64,000 bases of DNA from an uncultured Ectothiorhodospiraceae bacterium (GTDB taxonomy: Bacteria; Pseudomonadota; Gammaproteobacteria; J044). The stretch lies in assembly GCA_964641615.1 (NCBI GenBank), contig CAZXNH010000006.1, positions 14,381 to 78,380 on the forward strand, in the 5' to 3' direction. Under the pieces are notes generated by a model. That model had not been told where the DNA came from. It made no database searches and saw only the letters and a list, made by a program, of their open reading frames with translations. Numbering within the stretch: the stretch's first letter is position 1; each line of letters starts with the position of its first letter. A program made the translations under genes and the position numbers. Positions 40,790 through 50,777 of the stretch are shown piece by piece.

Positions 40790-42001
40790 TCATGCCAACC
40801 AGTTAAGCATCTGAAAGATAAGCAATCCTACAGAGCTCAGCAGGCCTGCAACAGGTACCCAGAGCGGGTTATTCATCACGCCAGAAACTGCAGGGCTTCT
40901 CAATTTAATAGAAATGAGCGCTGCATTGACCAGTGAGAAGATGAGCAACAACAGAAAACTGGTTGTTTTAGCCAGCTCGACCAGGGGAACCCATAAAGCC
41001 AGGCACAGAATGATGGCAATGACGATCAAACTTGAGTTCACCGGTGTCTGAGTTTTCGCGTTTATCTTGGCAAATTTATGCCAGATCCAGCCTTTAGAAG
41101 CCATTCCATACAACATCCTCGATACCATGATCATCTGGATCAAAGCGCCATTGATGATGGCAAATATGCTGATCAGGGTAATCAGAGAAGGATTAATGTC
41201 CGAAGTAGCAACAATGACATCTGTAAGCGGCGCATGGCTACCGGCCAGGGTTTCCTGATCTAAGCTGAGAATCGCGACAAGGGCTACCAGAGAATAAAGG
41301 AAAGTAGCGATTACCAGGGACAGGATGATACCTGATGGTAGTGTTTTTGCTGGCTCTTTGACTTCCTCGGCGATGGTGACCATGTCTTCAAAGCCGGTAA
41401 ACGCGAAAAAAGCCAGGAATGCTCCAAGCATTATGCCCACCCATATACCTGAATCGCTGCCAGGCATTAGCAAAGGAAGACTAGCCGGAATGGTAAGCAG
41501 GGTGTCTTTTCCTGCCCAGATAACAAGCAAAAGCCCAAATATCTCAACCAAAGTCATAGTTGCTACAGCCGCAACTGATTGTGTAATACCCCAGATGGTG
41601 AGGATTCCCAGTACCAGTACCAGGGAGGAAATACTCAGCCATTCGGGCACAGACAGGAAAATGCTCAAATAGCCATGAAATCCACGAGCAATGGTTGCCG
41701 AGGTAACAATGCCAACAGAGGCCACCAGTAAACCAGTCAATCTAGTCAGGTTTAAGGTATGGAAGCCTTCATCTATGTAAGACGCGACACCAGAGGAATA
41801 GGAATATCGCGCGGATAGCTCGCTGTAGGTAAATGCACTTAATGCAGCAACAAGGGCCGCAATCAGAAAAGCGATGGGTGTATAGAGTCCGGCCTCAGCA
41901 GCGATCTGACCAATCAGAACATAGATACCGGCGCCCAGGATATTGCCGAGACCAAAAAACAATAAAAGGGGCAATCCGATTGAACGCTTTAATTCATTCA
42001 C
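40790..42001 (-). CDS. APC-family amino acid permease
   Basis: GNILGAGIY, FAFTGFE, AEEVKEP; about 12 transmembrane segments; GTG start. Confidence 0.9.
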   Translation of the reverse strand: MNELKRSIGLPLLLFFGLGNILGAGIYVLIGQIAAEAGLYTPIAFLIAALVAALSAFTYSELSARYSYSSGVASYIDEGFHTLNLTRLTGLLVASVGIVTSATIARGFHGYLSIFLSVPEWLSISSLVLVLGILTIWGITQSVAAVATMTLVEIFGLLLVIWAGKDTLLTIPASLPLLMPGSDSGIWVGIMLGAFLAFFAFTGFEDMVTIAEEVKEPAKTLPSGIILSLVIATFLYSLVALVAILSLDQETLAGSHAPLTDVIVATSDINPSLITLISIFAIINGALIQMIMVSRMLYGMASKGWIWHKFAKINAKTQTPVNSSLIVIAIILCLALWVPLVELAKTTSFLLLLIFSLVNAALISIKLRSPAVSGVMNNPLWVPVAGLLSSVGLLIFQMLNWLA

Positions 42002-42114
42002 GTTTATTCTGAACAGGTTGGCTGGTCAATAGACGCTAGATTATGCGCTACGCGCTCGGATGTCTGCTAAAAAGCGTTTTTGTGCTTAACCGATGCAATC
42101 TAAGCCCATCCATA

Positions 42115-42142
42115 TATGCGCATAATATATATTATGTTAAAT
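42115..42142 (+). other. dif site (XerC/XerD chromosome dimer resolution site)
   Basis: TATGCGCATAA-TATATA-TTATGTTAAAT versus E. coli dif GGTGCGCATAA-TGTATA-TTATGTTAAAT: XerD arm identical, 3 differences in 28 bp; intergenic. Confidence 0.9.
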
Positions 42143-42175
42143 CGTATTATTCAGGCTGCTGGGCATGGCTAGCAG

Positions 42176-42248
42176 TGTGGACGACCACGCAAAGTACTAA
42201 AGTTTTCCAAGCAAAGTACTTAATTTCCACACAAAGTACTAAATCTGT
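42176..42248 (+). repeat. Tn7-like transposon end: terminal TGTGGACG plus three tandem TnsB-binding-type repeats
   Basis: CAAAGTACT(A/T)AA cores at 42190, 42212 and 42232 (22- and 20-bp spacing); resembles Tn7 ends (TGTGGGCG...AAAGTCTTAAA); candidate 5-bp target duplication AGCAG at 42171-42175. Confidence 0.85.
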
Positions 42249-42275
42249 CGTACATTTAAACCCTCTTTCTTCGAG

Positions 42276-42806
42276 ATGATTGAAAATATGCTTGATGAGG
42301 TTCTTGATAAGCATAAGCAAGATTTTGATGAAATTAGGCGCTTATGCTTGCTGTGTCATGGCCTAGATTTAACGAGTACACATTTATTCAATAGTCCTAG
42401 TTACCCTGAACCATCATCTAGAACTAGGTCAATGCTACACAGCATGCTATCCAGCTCTCTTTTAAATCTTGCTGTCTCAATCCGAATAAATATTTACCAG
42501 GGAGTTATAAATGATTATGACGCCCCCCTTGATCGTATGATTGCGAGTATTTATCAAGACAAAGAATTAATTGAGAAATCAGTAACCATTAAAGACGTTT
42601 GTGACAAGATTATTCATGCAGACACAATAACCAAACCTATTTTTCCCAATGATCAGATCGAACCCGATGTAAAAATCACGTTTCAATTCAAAGGAGTCCA
42701 TCGAAACAAAGCTTGGACATTAGATATTTGTTTAGATCTATTTGCTGAGGCGGTACTAAAACTACTAGATGAAATTGAGAAAACCGATGTTAATCCGTTA
42801 AAATAA
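42276..42806 (+). CDS. Hypothetical cargo protein (possible degenerate HEPN-like CDKIIH motif)
   Basis: 176-aa AT-rich ORF immediately inside the transposon end. Confidence 0.6.
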   Translation: MIENMLDEVLDKHKQDFDEIRRLCLLCHGLDLTSTHLFNSPSYPEPSSRTRSMLHSMLSSSLLNLAVSIRINIYQGVINDYDAPLDRMIASIYQDKELIEKSVTIKDVCDKIIHADTITKPIFPNDQIEPDVKITFQFKGVHRNKAWTLDICLDLFAEAVLKLLDEIEKTDVNPLK

Positions 42807-42849
42807 CATTATTACGGATTAGGTTTCTGCCCTATTTCGAGGTTCGACC

Positions 42850-43623
42850 ATGCCCAAATCTGGCCAAGCACGCGTTCCCACAGCTGAGCAGCAACGACAT
42901 CTCTTTGAAGTAATTCAGCATAATCGTCACCCTGAAAAGAACACGGCAATTATGCAGATCAGCTTTAAGCTGGGATTACGCGCCCAGGAGATCGCCCTGC
43001 TCCAAATCAAGGAAGTGGCGCAGCTGAATTCAACAGGTACCGGATTCAAGCTACATGAAGTTATGAGCCTCCCTGCTGCCTACACCAAGGGTGCTGATGC
43101 CATTCAGCGATCCAAGAGTCAGTACCAAAGAACGACTATAAGTTTTGATATCGATAGCTTTAACAAGGTCGTCAAGCAGATCGAAAAGCTGGCCAGATCT
43201 TGTGCAGATGTGAATCCAGCAGATTTCTATCCGCCTGTTAAAAAGCACAAAGGTAAATCAAGAGATTTACCGATGGTTGATGATCAGCTACGTAGAGCTT
43301 TAGTCAATTACATCAGATTGAGAATTGCTAACGATGTAATCCTCAAACCCTCCTCCCCTCTTTTTGTTACTCAGAAAGGTGGTCCTTACTCTCCTAACAC
43401 ATTACAAGAGCATATGGCTTTGATGCTTCGCGACTGGGCCGGTATTGAGAAAGCCAGTTCACACAGTGGCCGGCGCTCGCTAATTACGAATATCATCCAT
43501 AAGCAGAAAAAATCCGTGAAAATAGCCCAGAAGATTGCTGGCCACGTTAATCCCTCGACGACGCTGATATATGAAGAGCCTCCAGAAGAAGTCTTAGAAG
43601 GGGCACTAAAAAATTTAGATTAG
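42850..43623 (+). CDS. Tyrosine recombinase (catalytic domain only)
   Basis: GLRAQEI (R), SHSGRRS (HxxR), AGH, TTLIY (Y); no N-terminal core-binding domain apparent. Confidence 0.9.
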   Translation: MPKSGQARVPTAEQQRHLFEVIQHNRHPEKNTAIMQISFKLGLRAQEIALLQIKEVAQLNSTGTGFKLHEVMSLPAAYTKGADAIQRSKSQYQRTTISFDIDSFNKVVKQIEKLARSCADVNPADFYPPVKKHKGKSRDLPMVDDQLRRALVNYIRLRIANDVILKPSSPLFVTQKGGPYSPNTLQEHMALMLRDWAGIEKASSHSGRRSLITNIIHKQKKSVKIAQKIAGHVNPSTTLIYEEPPEEVLEGALKNLD

Positions 43624-43715
43624 ACCATTTCCAGCCAAAAGTTGACAATGAGCCAATCGAACTGTCACAAAATTCCTACCTCAAAGGGCGATGTGAATAA
43701 GAGGCCAAATGCAAC

Positions 43716-44828
43716 CTATAAAGATTGAAGCACGCCAAGCGCTCCAGATACAGATGAGCAAACTGCACATGAATATTTCTTATCATATCCGGTAGCTTTC
43801 TGTGTAATCAAATGAGCCAACCTCTTCTCGGTGAAAAACGCATCACAGTAAGGAAGCGCTGATGCGGCGTGTCTAATATCGTGAAGATCATTATCTTGGT
43901 ATTTTTGGCTTTTGTCCCACCGGATCGACGCATGCAGCCCTGAAATTACAACAAATGTTGGAAAGTAGCTCTTTGCCTTATTCTGTTTGAATAAATTGTA
44001 AATTGCATAACGCAGCCACTTACCTGATTCAGAATTTATCTTTTCTTCCTCTGAGATAGTTTTTCCAGTTTCTGCCATATACATATCTTCCATACATTTA
44101 GCAATAATATCTCCATATCCATCTAATGACCCGGCAAGCTCACTAAGAAACATTTTCTTAAATGAGTTATTCTCATGCTCGTGATTAAACTTACCTTCGT
44201 TGAGCTTTTCAGAAATTCCAGGCATATTCAATGAAGAAATATCGCCATTTTCACTGATAATATTGATTATATCCGATAAAGATATATTCCACATTTGATC
44301 GATAAACGCCTTTTGGATCACCTTGTCCGTCTCTGGCTCAATGTTTTTATTTGAGGGGGTAACAAAACCCATATTGTATGCCAGCTTAGTCCAAGCCATA
44401 TCACGACAGTCATAGACGCTTTTTCCTGTACTAGAGTACAGAAAATATTTTATTTCTAACTCCAGCCTTTCCTCAAAATTGATTAAAGAAACCCCGCAAG
44501 AAAGCTTATCTATTAACTGAACAGTTTGATTTAAGGTTTCTGGATCGGATTGCTTAATAACTTCTAGTAAAACATCTTGGCTAATTGGAAATATAAGTCG
44601 ATTTTCTTCCGACATCTGCATGATTTCTTTATAAAACTCTTGCTCTAAGACACTCCTAGAGCGGCCTAAAACAATATCTCTAACGATCAACCAGAATTTC
44701 GTGTCAAAATACACGACCTTTTTCGCATTAACCGCTCGACTGAGATCGATACATTTTGATCGGATGTACTGTTCTACACTTATCTCCGGGCTCTTGATAT
44801 GGTGATCAAATGTAAATACGTAATCCAT
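43716..44828 (-). CDS. Hypothetical protein with PIN-like nuclease motifs
   Basis: VVYFDTKFW, PISQDVLLE, NDLHDIRHAASALPYCDAFFTEKRL follow the PIN acidic-residue pattern; ATG at 44828 lies 7 bp after the HEPN gene stop. Confidence 0.55.
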   Translation of the reverse strand: MDYVFTFDHHIKSPEISVEQYIRSKCIDLSRAVNAKKVVYFDTKFWLIVRDIVLGRSRSVLEQEFYKEIMQMSEENRLIFPISQDVLLEVIKQSDPETLNQTVQLIDKLSCGVSLINFEERLELEIKYFLYSSTGKSVYDCRDMAWTKLAYNMGFVTPSNKNIEPETDKVIQKAFIDQMWNISLSDIINIISENGDISSLNMPGISEKLNEGKFNHEHENNSFKKMFLSELAGSLDGYGDIIAKCMEDMYMAETGKTISEEEKINSESGKWLRYAIYNLFKQNKAKSYFPTFVVISGLHASIRWDKSQKYQDNDLHDIRHAASALPYCDAFFTEKRLAHLITQKATGYDKKYSCAVCSSVSGALGVLQSL

Positions 44829-44835
44829 AACAATA

Positions 44836-46413
44836 TCAACCTTTCCGCTTCCACTGATCATCCCACGTATCAAGGAACATTGGAGCAGTTATCTTGCCTG
44901 GATCACGACTCTCGGATCGACGCTTTTCTTCCACATGGATGGCAAGTGAAAGGTAAATAATTGCTGATCTCGCGAGCTTTACTTGACGGAGTGTTTTTCT
45001 TACCAGATCATCAACAGAAATGTCGAATATTCCCGTCTTTGGAGTTTCCATGCGATTGGGCGATACGGCTCTATAAAAGCCATCATGAACAGATACAAAC
45101 TTGTGCTCCAAATGATTTCTTAATTCATATAAATCCTTAGAGTCCGGCTCTGTCGACTCTCGAAAAGAACTTTCAAAAATATCCTTTGACAACCAGAACA
45201 AACCGCGTAACGGCCAGTTTTTAAGGGTGTTAAGGGCGGGATGGAGGTCTCTTTTTGAAGTTAACCAAACATTTCGGAAGTTCACATGCCTTTCCGAATG
45301 TTTCATGTCCAGATAAACGTTGAGCAAAAATGCAAGCTTGTCAAAAACGGCATAAGCCCCGCGAAATGCCATTTTAATGCGTTCGACAGCAAAACCATGT
45401 GCGGGATAGTCAAGCGTATTATAGAGTAGAACTTTTCTATCTGAAAAATGCACACCCTCGTAGACTAACCCTTCATATAATGCATAGCGTGCCGAGCAAA
45501 ATTCCTGTTTGATTAAATTGAAGTAATGAATTACTACTGGGAGGTCCGGCCCGTCATCAATATGTATTGTTAATGATGGAAGCGTCAGTATATCTTGCGC
45601 CGCAATAGGATACGGACCAATATCGTTGAGAGAGTTTAGAAACAGGCGATTTCCAAGACACCATTGCCGATATTCTCGCTCTTTCTTTCCCCTTCCCATA
45701 GGATGATTTTCAAAATCCGTATTTGCGGATATGTTGGGAATATCATAGTGGGACCAAATCGCGCCCATCTTCCTTGAAAACTCTTCAAGTATATTGGCCT
45801 GATAGAAGCTATCAAAAATTGCATCTTCGTCGCACGCTTCGCCAAAAGAGCCAAAGGCGGCCATCATAAGAACTGCTTCGTGCCCTGGATCATAATGCGC
45901 CCCCGCATAGTGGCCAAGACCAAAACCACGATTACCGCATGCCATTGCAAATTTAGGGACTGCGGCTATTGCTCGATCCCAATATTCAATCGCCTCGATA
46001 AAGCGACCAATATGGTTTAGCGCGTTACCCAAATTAGTGTATATTTGTGCTCTCTCCAGTGCTGGCAACCCTGGAAAAGCCTCATGACTCAAAGCCTTAC
46101 GCAGTTCTAGTAACTCTTGGTCAAAAACCTCGCTTTTCCATACCCATTCTTTGTTTTCTCCTGAAAGCTGGTATCTTGCTGACCATATATTTGCGCGAAA
46201 ATAATGCGCGCGGCAGGCATGATAATCTGAAACTCCACCCGCAATGATCCTATCTATAAGACTTTCGGCATAATCAAGCCCTTCTAGAGATTTCACGTCG
46301 CCAGAAATATCAACAATTTTAGCCGCCAACTGCATCGCCTCTTGCTCAGATAAATCCGAAACAACAGTGCTCATTAGTGAAGATAAAGTTATTTCATGCT
46401 CTGCATTTCTCAT
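44836..46413 (-). CDS. LA2681-family HEPN-domain protein with N-terminal TPR-like repeats
   Basis: YTNLGNALNHIGRFIEAIEYWDRAI (TPR-like); FNLIKQEFCSARY, DYP, NWPLRGLFWLSKD; HEPN RxxxxH motif RNHLEH; ATG at 46413 preferred to TTG at 46527. Confidence 0.8.
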   Translation of the reverse strand: MRNAEHEITLSSLMSTVVSDLSEQEAMQLAAKIVDISGDVKSLEGLDYAESLIDRIIAGGVSDYHACRAHYFRANIWSARYQLSGENKEWVWKSEVFDQELLELRKALSHEAFPGLPALERAQIYTNLGNALNHIGRFIEAIEYWDRAIAAVPKFAMACGNRGFGLGHYAGAHYDPGHEAVLMMAAFGSFGEACDEDAIFDSFYQANILEEFSRKMGAIWSHYDIPNISANTDFENHPMGRGKKEREYRQWCLGNRLFLNSLNDIGPYPIAAQDILTLPSLTIHIDDGPDLPVVIHYFNLIKQEFCSARYALYEGLVYEGVHFSDRKVLLYNTLDYPAHGFAVERIKMAFRGAYAVFDKLAFLLNVYLDMKHSERHVNFRNVWLTSKRDLHPALNTLKNWPLRGLFWLSKDIFESSFRESTEPDSKDLYELRNHLEHKFVSVHDGFYRAVSPNRMETPKTGIFDISVDDLVRKTLRQVKLARSAIIYLSLAIHVEEKRRSESRDPGKITAPMFLDTWDDQWKRKG

Positions 46414-46542
46414 TATTGGATTACTAGAAACAGTATAATTAACTCGCTGTGTGTTACTTCTGCCTCTCTGGTTATCTGCCAACAGAGGAGTCTCTGAATT
46501 TCCGAAAGCAGAAAATTGAAGGGACAATTTTCCATGGTATAT

Positions 46543-48423
46543 CTAATCCAGTAGATGAATATTTTCTGCTTCAAACAAACCTTTGGCTGCAATAGCTCTT
46601 TGCATGTTCTCCGGGTCATCCGTAAAGACCATAACCACAAGATCAGAACGTGCACGAGAACAGCACACGTAGAAAAGACGTCTCGTACGATCTATGACTG
46701 AATCTTTTCCGGAGGCAATGTTATCCTCATCAGTATCGGAAAGAGGTGTAACTCCGAAATACTTACCATACGAATAACCAGGTAACTGTCGTTCTTTGTC
46801 ATCTACTACAACTAAGACTTTGTCGAACTCGGCTCCTTTTATGCCCTGTTGTGTTGCAAATGGTGACAGTTTTTCAATGTAGAGACGATACCCCCATAGC
46901 TCAGTCGCCTCACATTGCATGAATCTTAAAGCTGCATTAATGGGATCAGGATCGACAACAGGTTCTGCCCCTATAAAATCCTCAATTAGTTGTAGATAAC
47001 GGTCATCCAAAGTATACATTCGCTTATCCCTAAGCAACTTCACCACATCACCAATATGGACTCTACTTTCTAGACCCAGCATTTCATCGAGAGTTTGTAT
47101 ATCATGTTGCAGCTCATGCAAAACATTGGAAGTATTCACGACAGTAAGACCATCAGATTGCAGTTTTTGGCAATATTTTCTAAGCAGACGCATAACGTCA
47201 AAGTGACGGTTTTCTCGATGTGCTAGTACCAATGGCAATATGAATGTTAGGAAAGGTCGCAACACCCAAGCTGTTCCATCAATAACACCAGAGCTCAAAC
47301 TTTCTGTTGATTTGTCATTTAGTGCTGAATATAGGTTTGGGAAGCCGAGCCTTGTGGCAGACACTCGGTGGACGAGGACAAGCAGGCGTAATGTTTCTTC
47401 GTCTTCATCCTCTAACCAATTATTGTCATCATCTACTTCAGACAACCAACGCCGAGCTGCGTCGAGGCGCTCTTGACGCCGATCATCATCCGGCATGATC
47501 AGAACACGTGCTGTTCCTTCTATTGCTACTAACTCACCATTCTCTTGCTGGTGGCGACCTCGGGTTTGCACTAGACCATCATCTTCTGCCCTAATGCGAT
47601 TGATAACTCGCAATACACTTTGGGGGCATCTAAAGTTTTCTGGCTTCTCAAGAAGCCGCCACCCTTCTTCGATTGGAATCGGACCGGCACCCTGCATGTA
47701 AATTTTTTGAACGGGATCGCCAAAAAATCCAACACAGAAATCGTTCTGAGTTTCATTTGCAACCGTACGTAAAGCCTCCACGAATTTAGGGGCAGTATCC
47801 TGGCTCTCATCTACAAAGATTACAGGATAGCACCGAGCTATTACACGGCGCATCAATAGCTGCTCTCGTATAATGGTTGGACCGATTTTCAGTACATCGC
47901 TGTGTCCTAGTATCCCATTGGGATAATCACTTCCAGTACCATATATAAAATATTTTACGCTATCTATTTGTACCAGTTGACGTTGATACCGGGCAATGTC
48001 TTCAGCAGCACGCTCTTTTGTTGTTTGACGAGTTCGTTTGTTATCTAGTTTTTCCTGAGCTTCCGCTATTTTGTCGTTTAGACGTCTACACACCCATTCC
48101 TTAATGTTGTTCTGAAAAGGCTTGATGTTTTCCCAAAGAAAGCTGTGAAAAGTGGAAACATGATATAGCGGGTCGGTGCCAACATCAGAACGAATTTCAT
48201 TGACAGCAACTTCGGTAAAAGTAATGCAGGCAATCTTTTGACCAGCTCGACGCAAAATTGAGCCCTGATCCTGTTCTAGATATGCCAGTGCTTTCACTAA
48301 GGAAGTTGTTTTTCCGGACCCTGCTCCTGCCACCATAACAAAATGACGGCTTCCAGCCGCACTTAAGCGATCACGTAGCTCTATGTCCGTATCTGTATCG
48401 GGTTTTCCTATCCGGCTCGTCAT
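46543..48423 (-). CDS. gajB: UvrD-like helicase, Gabija GajB-like
   Basis: AGAGSGKTT, VDESQD, FGDPVQKIY, NFRC, KGAEFD, LFYVCCSRA; 4-bp overlap with the upstream OLD gene. Confidence 0.85.
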   Translation of the reverse strand: MTSRIGKPDTDTDIELRDRLSAAGSRHFVMVAGAGSGKTTSLVKALAYLEQDQGSILRRAGQKIACITFTEVAVNEIRSDVGTDPLYHVSTFHSFLWENIKPFQNNIKEWVCRRLNDKIAEAQEKLDNKRTRQTTKERAAEDIARYQRQLVQIDSVKYFIYGTGSDYPNGILGHSDVLKIGPTIIREQLLMRRVIARCYPVIFVDESQDTAPKFVEALRTVANETQNDFCVGFFGDPVQKIYMQGAGPIPIEEGWRLLEKPENFRCPQSVLRVINRIRAEDDGLVQTRGRHQQENGELVAIEGTARVLIMPDDDRRQERLDAARRWLSEVDDDNNWLEDEDEETLRLLVLVHRVSATRLGFPNLYSALNDKSTESLSSGVIDGTAWVLRPFLTFILPLVLAHRENRHFDVMRLLRKYCQKLQSDGLTVVNTSNVLHELQHDIQTLDEMLGLESRVHIGDVVKLLRDKRMYTLDDRYLQLIEDFIGAEPVVDPDPINAALRFMQCEATELWGYRLYIEKLSPFATQQGIKGAEFDKVLVVVDDKERQLPGYSYGKYFGVTPLSDTDEDNIASGKDSVIDRTRRLFYVCCSRARSDLVVMVFTDDPENMQRAIAAKGLFEAENIHLLD

Positions 48424-50663
48424 GCCACCTTATTTCCTTGCTTGTCGCCATCACCTTCATCATCAACTTCCGAAACGCCAAGCGTCGTTTCCAGCCATTG
48501 CAAACCTTCTTCGATATATTGTGGGACAGACCATACTGTAGGGTTTTTGGTCAGCAAGGCCAATGCAAAGTCAGTCTTCTTAAAGCTGTCTTTATGTATC
48601 TTGTTATGAAGCCGTAATGCTAGGTCGGCCACATCCGCTGCCCCGGGTATTCTAAGCTTTAAATCTCGATTATCGTATTGCTGAGTCCAATCTAGGTTCT
48701 CGAAAGCAAACGCTGCTTCAAGAGTCCGCCCGGCTCGGTTAACCGTAGCACCATTCCAGTTCAGCTCAACATTACAGGGATAAGTCACTCGTACAGCGCC
48801 AAGGCCGTTAGCACCAGGCGGTAGCTCTTTTGCATCTGGTGGAAGATCGAGTAGTTCGTCGATCTTTTCGCATCCTGGAAGCCACTGGATAAGCATTTGG
48901 TTGGATGTTAATGCTTCGGGCATCTCCGGAGTACAGGTCTTTTTCTTTCTACGCGTAGTGTTATTTTCGTCTATTTCCTTGGCATCCCTTGCCTCCAGAG
49001 CGTCATCTTCCTCATCAGTTTCTCCGGGCACTGCTTCTGTGAAATATACGCTGTCGAGATCAGTGATGATCAGTGTAGTTATTCCAAGGTATTCAATCAA
49101 AGTACGAAATTGATGGCCGAATGCTCCACCAATCTCAAGGACGCTAAGGTAACTTGATCGTAGACCAGGCGCTGCTTTCAGAATCATTTGTGGCATAAGG
49201 AGTCGTTCGACATTGCCTTCAACAAGTACCGCAGCGTCTGCAAAGAATAGGTCGCAGTGTGTGAGCTTGAGATAACGTTCCAAAAAGTCTCTGCTTGGAT
49301 TTGCCGTCTTCTGATAGAACTCTGACAAATTCAATACCTGGGAGGTTTGTTCCACCCCAGTTTTTTCTCGCCGGAAATACCTAATTGACTTGAAGCCACG
49401 CTCGTACAAGATGTGGGGCGAGTGAGTGGTTAGAATAAGCTGCGTTCGAAACGTCTCTGAATCATCTGCTTCTTCACGAAGTATATCAAGCACCTTGTTC
49501 ACGAATACTTGTTGTAGCTGCGCATGCAAATGTGCCTCAGGCTCTTCAACAAAAACAAGATGAAGAGGTGGGCGGTTGTCGTCGATGGCCATCCACTGAG
49601 CATTTAAGTCTAGCAACTCTACTACCATATAAATCAGGTTTTTAAAGCCGAGACCGTTATACTTATCGGGTAGCGTAAGCGCGTCATTTCCATCGTGGAG
49701 AGCATAATGTACGTGTGCTCCGTCTTGACTATTCATAACCGCAGCCGGATTTAGCGCTGACTTGATCAACAGGCGAGGGTTTGCAAAACCTGGGTATCCA
49801 AGCTGTTCCAGTCGTTTGAGCGTTTCTGCAAAGACCTGCGCTAAGTGTTGGTTCAAGAGGTCTTCCGATACAGCTAGAGCTCTTATAGCGTTGTAATCTT
49901 CTCCATGCTGTTCAAGATTGCGCGTATAGTATCGACTTAGATGGCGCGAAAGCTCTTCTGTACGGCTGCCTCCGGAACTGTCTGACAGATGTCGCTGCGC
50001 GTGCAAGAAATCTACCTTCAACAAAGAATTAACAATATCTTTGCCAGTACGACCATGCTCTTTAAGAAATTCCTGTGGTTCGTAACCTTCTTTCGGATCT
50101 AAATTATCATCAAATTGACCCTCATCAAGAACGTAGTATTTGAACTCATACTCATGGTGTAATTCTGTTTCCAGAAATTCTCGAAGCGTTCTTGGCGGAG
50201 CTATATATAGCTCTCCATATTCTTCGACAGGGACATCTGCAGACAGTTGCTGAGCTTGTGCATATCGCTCCCGAAAGCGAGCGAGTGTTTCGTCCTGATT
50301 TCGTGGTGCGAAAGTGATCTTGATGCCGACATGGGTTCCCTGCCAATCAAGTCGCGGTAGAAGATCAATCACACGGTGAAGGTCTTCCTCTTCTACAGCG
50401 AACCACAGTTCGATAGCCATTTCAGGAAGAGCAGCACCTTCTTCTTTGTTAGCAAAGGATTCTACCTCCGCCCAGCAACATGCACTAATATCATGGAATG
50501 AAAAGCGATCACGAGTACCCGAGAGAAACAAATGCATAGCTTGTGCAACTGAAGTCTTACCGCTGTTGTTAGCTCCCACGAAGATCGAAATATCCTTGTC
50601 CAATCCAATAGACACGTTGGACAACCGACGAAAGTTACTTAATTTAACTCTGCTTAAATACAT
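48420..50663 (-). CDS. gajA: OLD-family ABC ATPase-TOPRIM nuclease, Gabija GajA-like
   Basis: GANNSGKTS, EEPEAHLH, TTHSPH, FFADAAVLVEGNVE, ITDLD. Confidence 0.88.
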   Translation of the reverse strand: MYLSRVKLSNFRRLSNVSIGLDKDISIFVGANNSGKTSVAQAMHLFLSGTRDRFSFHDISACCWAEVESFANKEEGAALPEMAIELWFAVEEEDLHRVIDLLPRLDWQGTHVGIKITFAPRNQDETLARFRERYAQAQQLSADVPVEEYGELYIAPPRTLREFLETELHHEYEFKYYVLDEGQFDDNLDPKEGYEPQEFLKEHGRTGKDIVNSLLKVDFLHAQRHLSDSSGGSRTEELSRHLSRYYTRNLEQHGEDYNAIRALAVSEDLLNQHLAQVFAETLKRLEQLGYPGFANPRLLIKSALNPAAVMNSQDGAHVHYALHDGNDALTLPDKYNGLGFKNLIYMVVELLDLNAQWMAIDDNRPPLHLVFVEEPEAHLHAQLQQVFVNKVLDILREEADDSETFRTQLILTTHSPHILYERGFKSIRYFRREKTGVEQTSQVLNLSEFYQKTANPSRDFLERYLKLTHCDLFFADAAVLVEGNVERLLMPQMILKAAPGLRSSYLSVLEIGGAFGHQFRTLIEYLGITTLIITDLDSVYFTEAVPGETDEEDDALEARDAKEIDENNTTRRKKKTCTPEMPEALTSNQMLIQWLPGCEKIDELLDLPPDAKELPPGANGLGAVRVTYPCNVELNWNGATVNRAGRTLEAAFAFENLDWTQQYDNRDLKLRIPGAADVADLALRLHNKIHKDSFKKTDFALALLTKNPTVWSVPQYIEEGLQWLETTLGVSEVDDEGDGDKQGNKVA

Positions 50664-50777
50664 TTAATGTCCCAATCTCCTTTCAGCATTATATAAAAAA
50701 GTGACTTCGTTCTATGTCCGTTTTGAGTCTAATAAAAACACATTGCTGAGCATCCACTTTGGGGCGAATGCAGACAT

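Noticed and set aside
42043-42279. 78-aa + strand ORF
   Set aside because: It runs across the dif site and the transposon terminal repeats, so it is non-coding DNA read through by chance.
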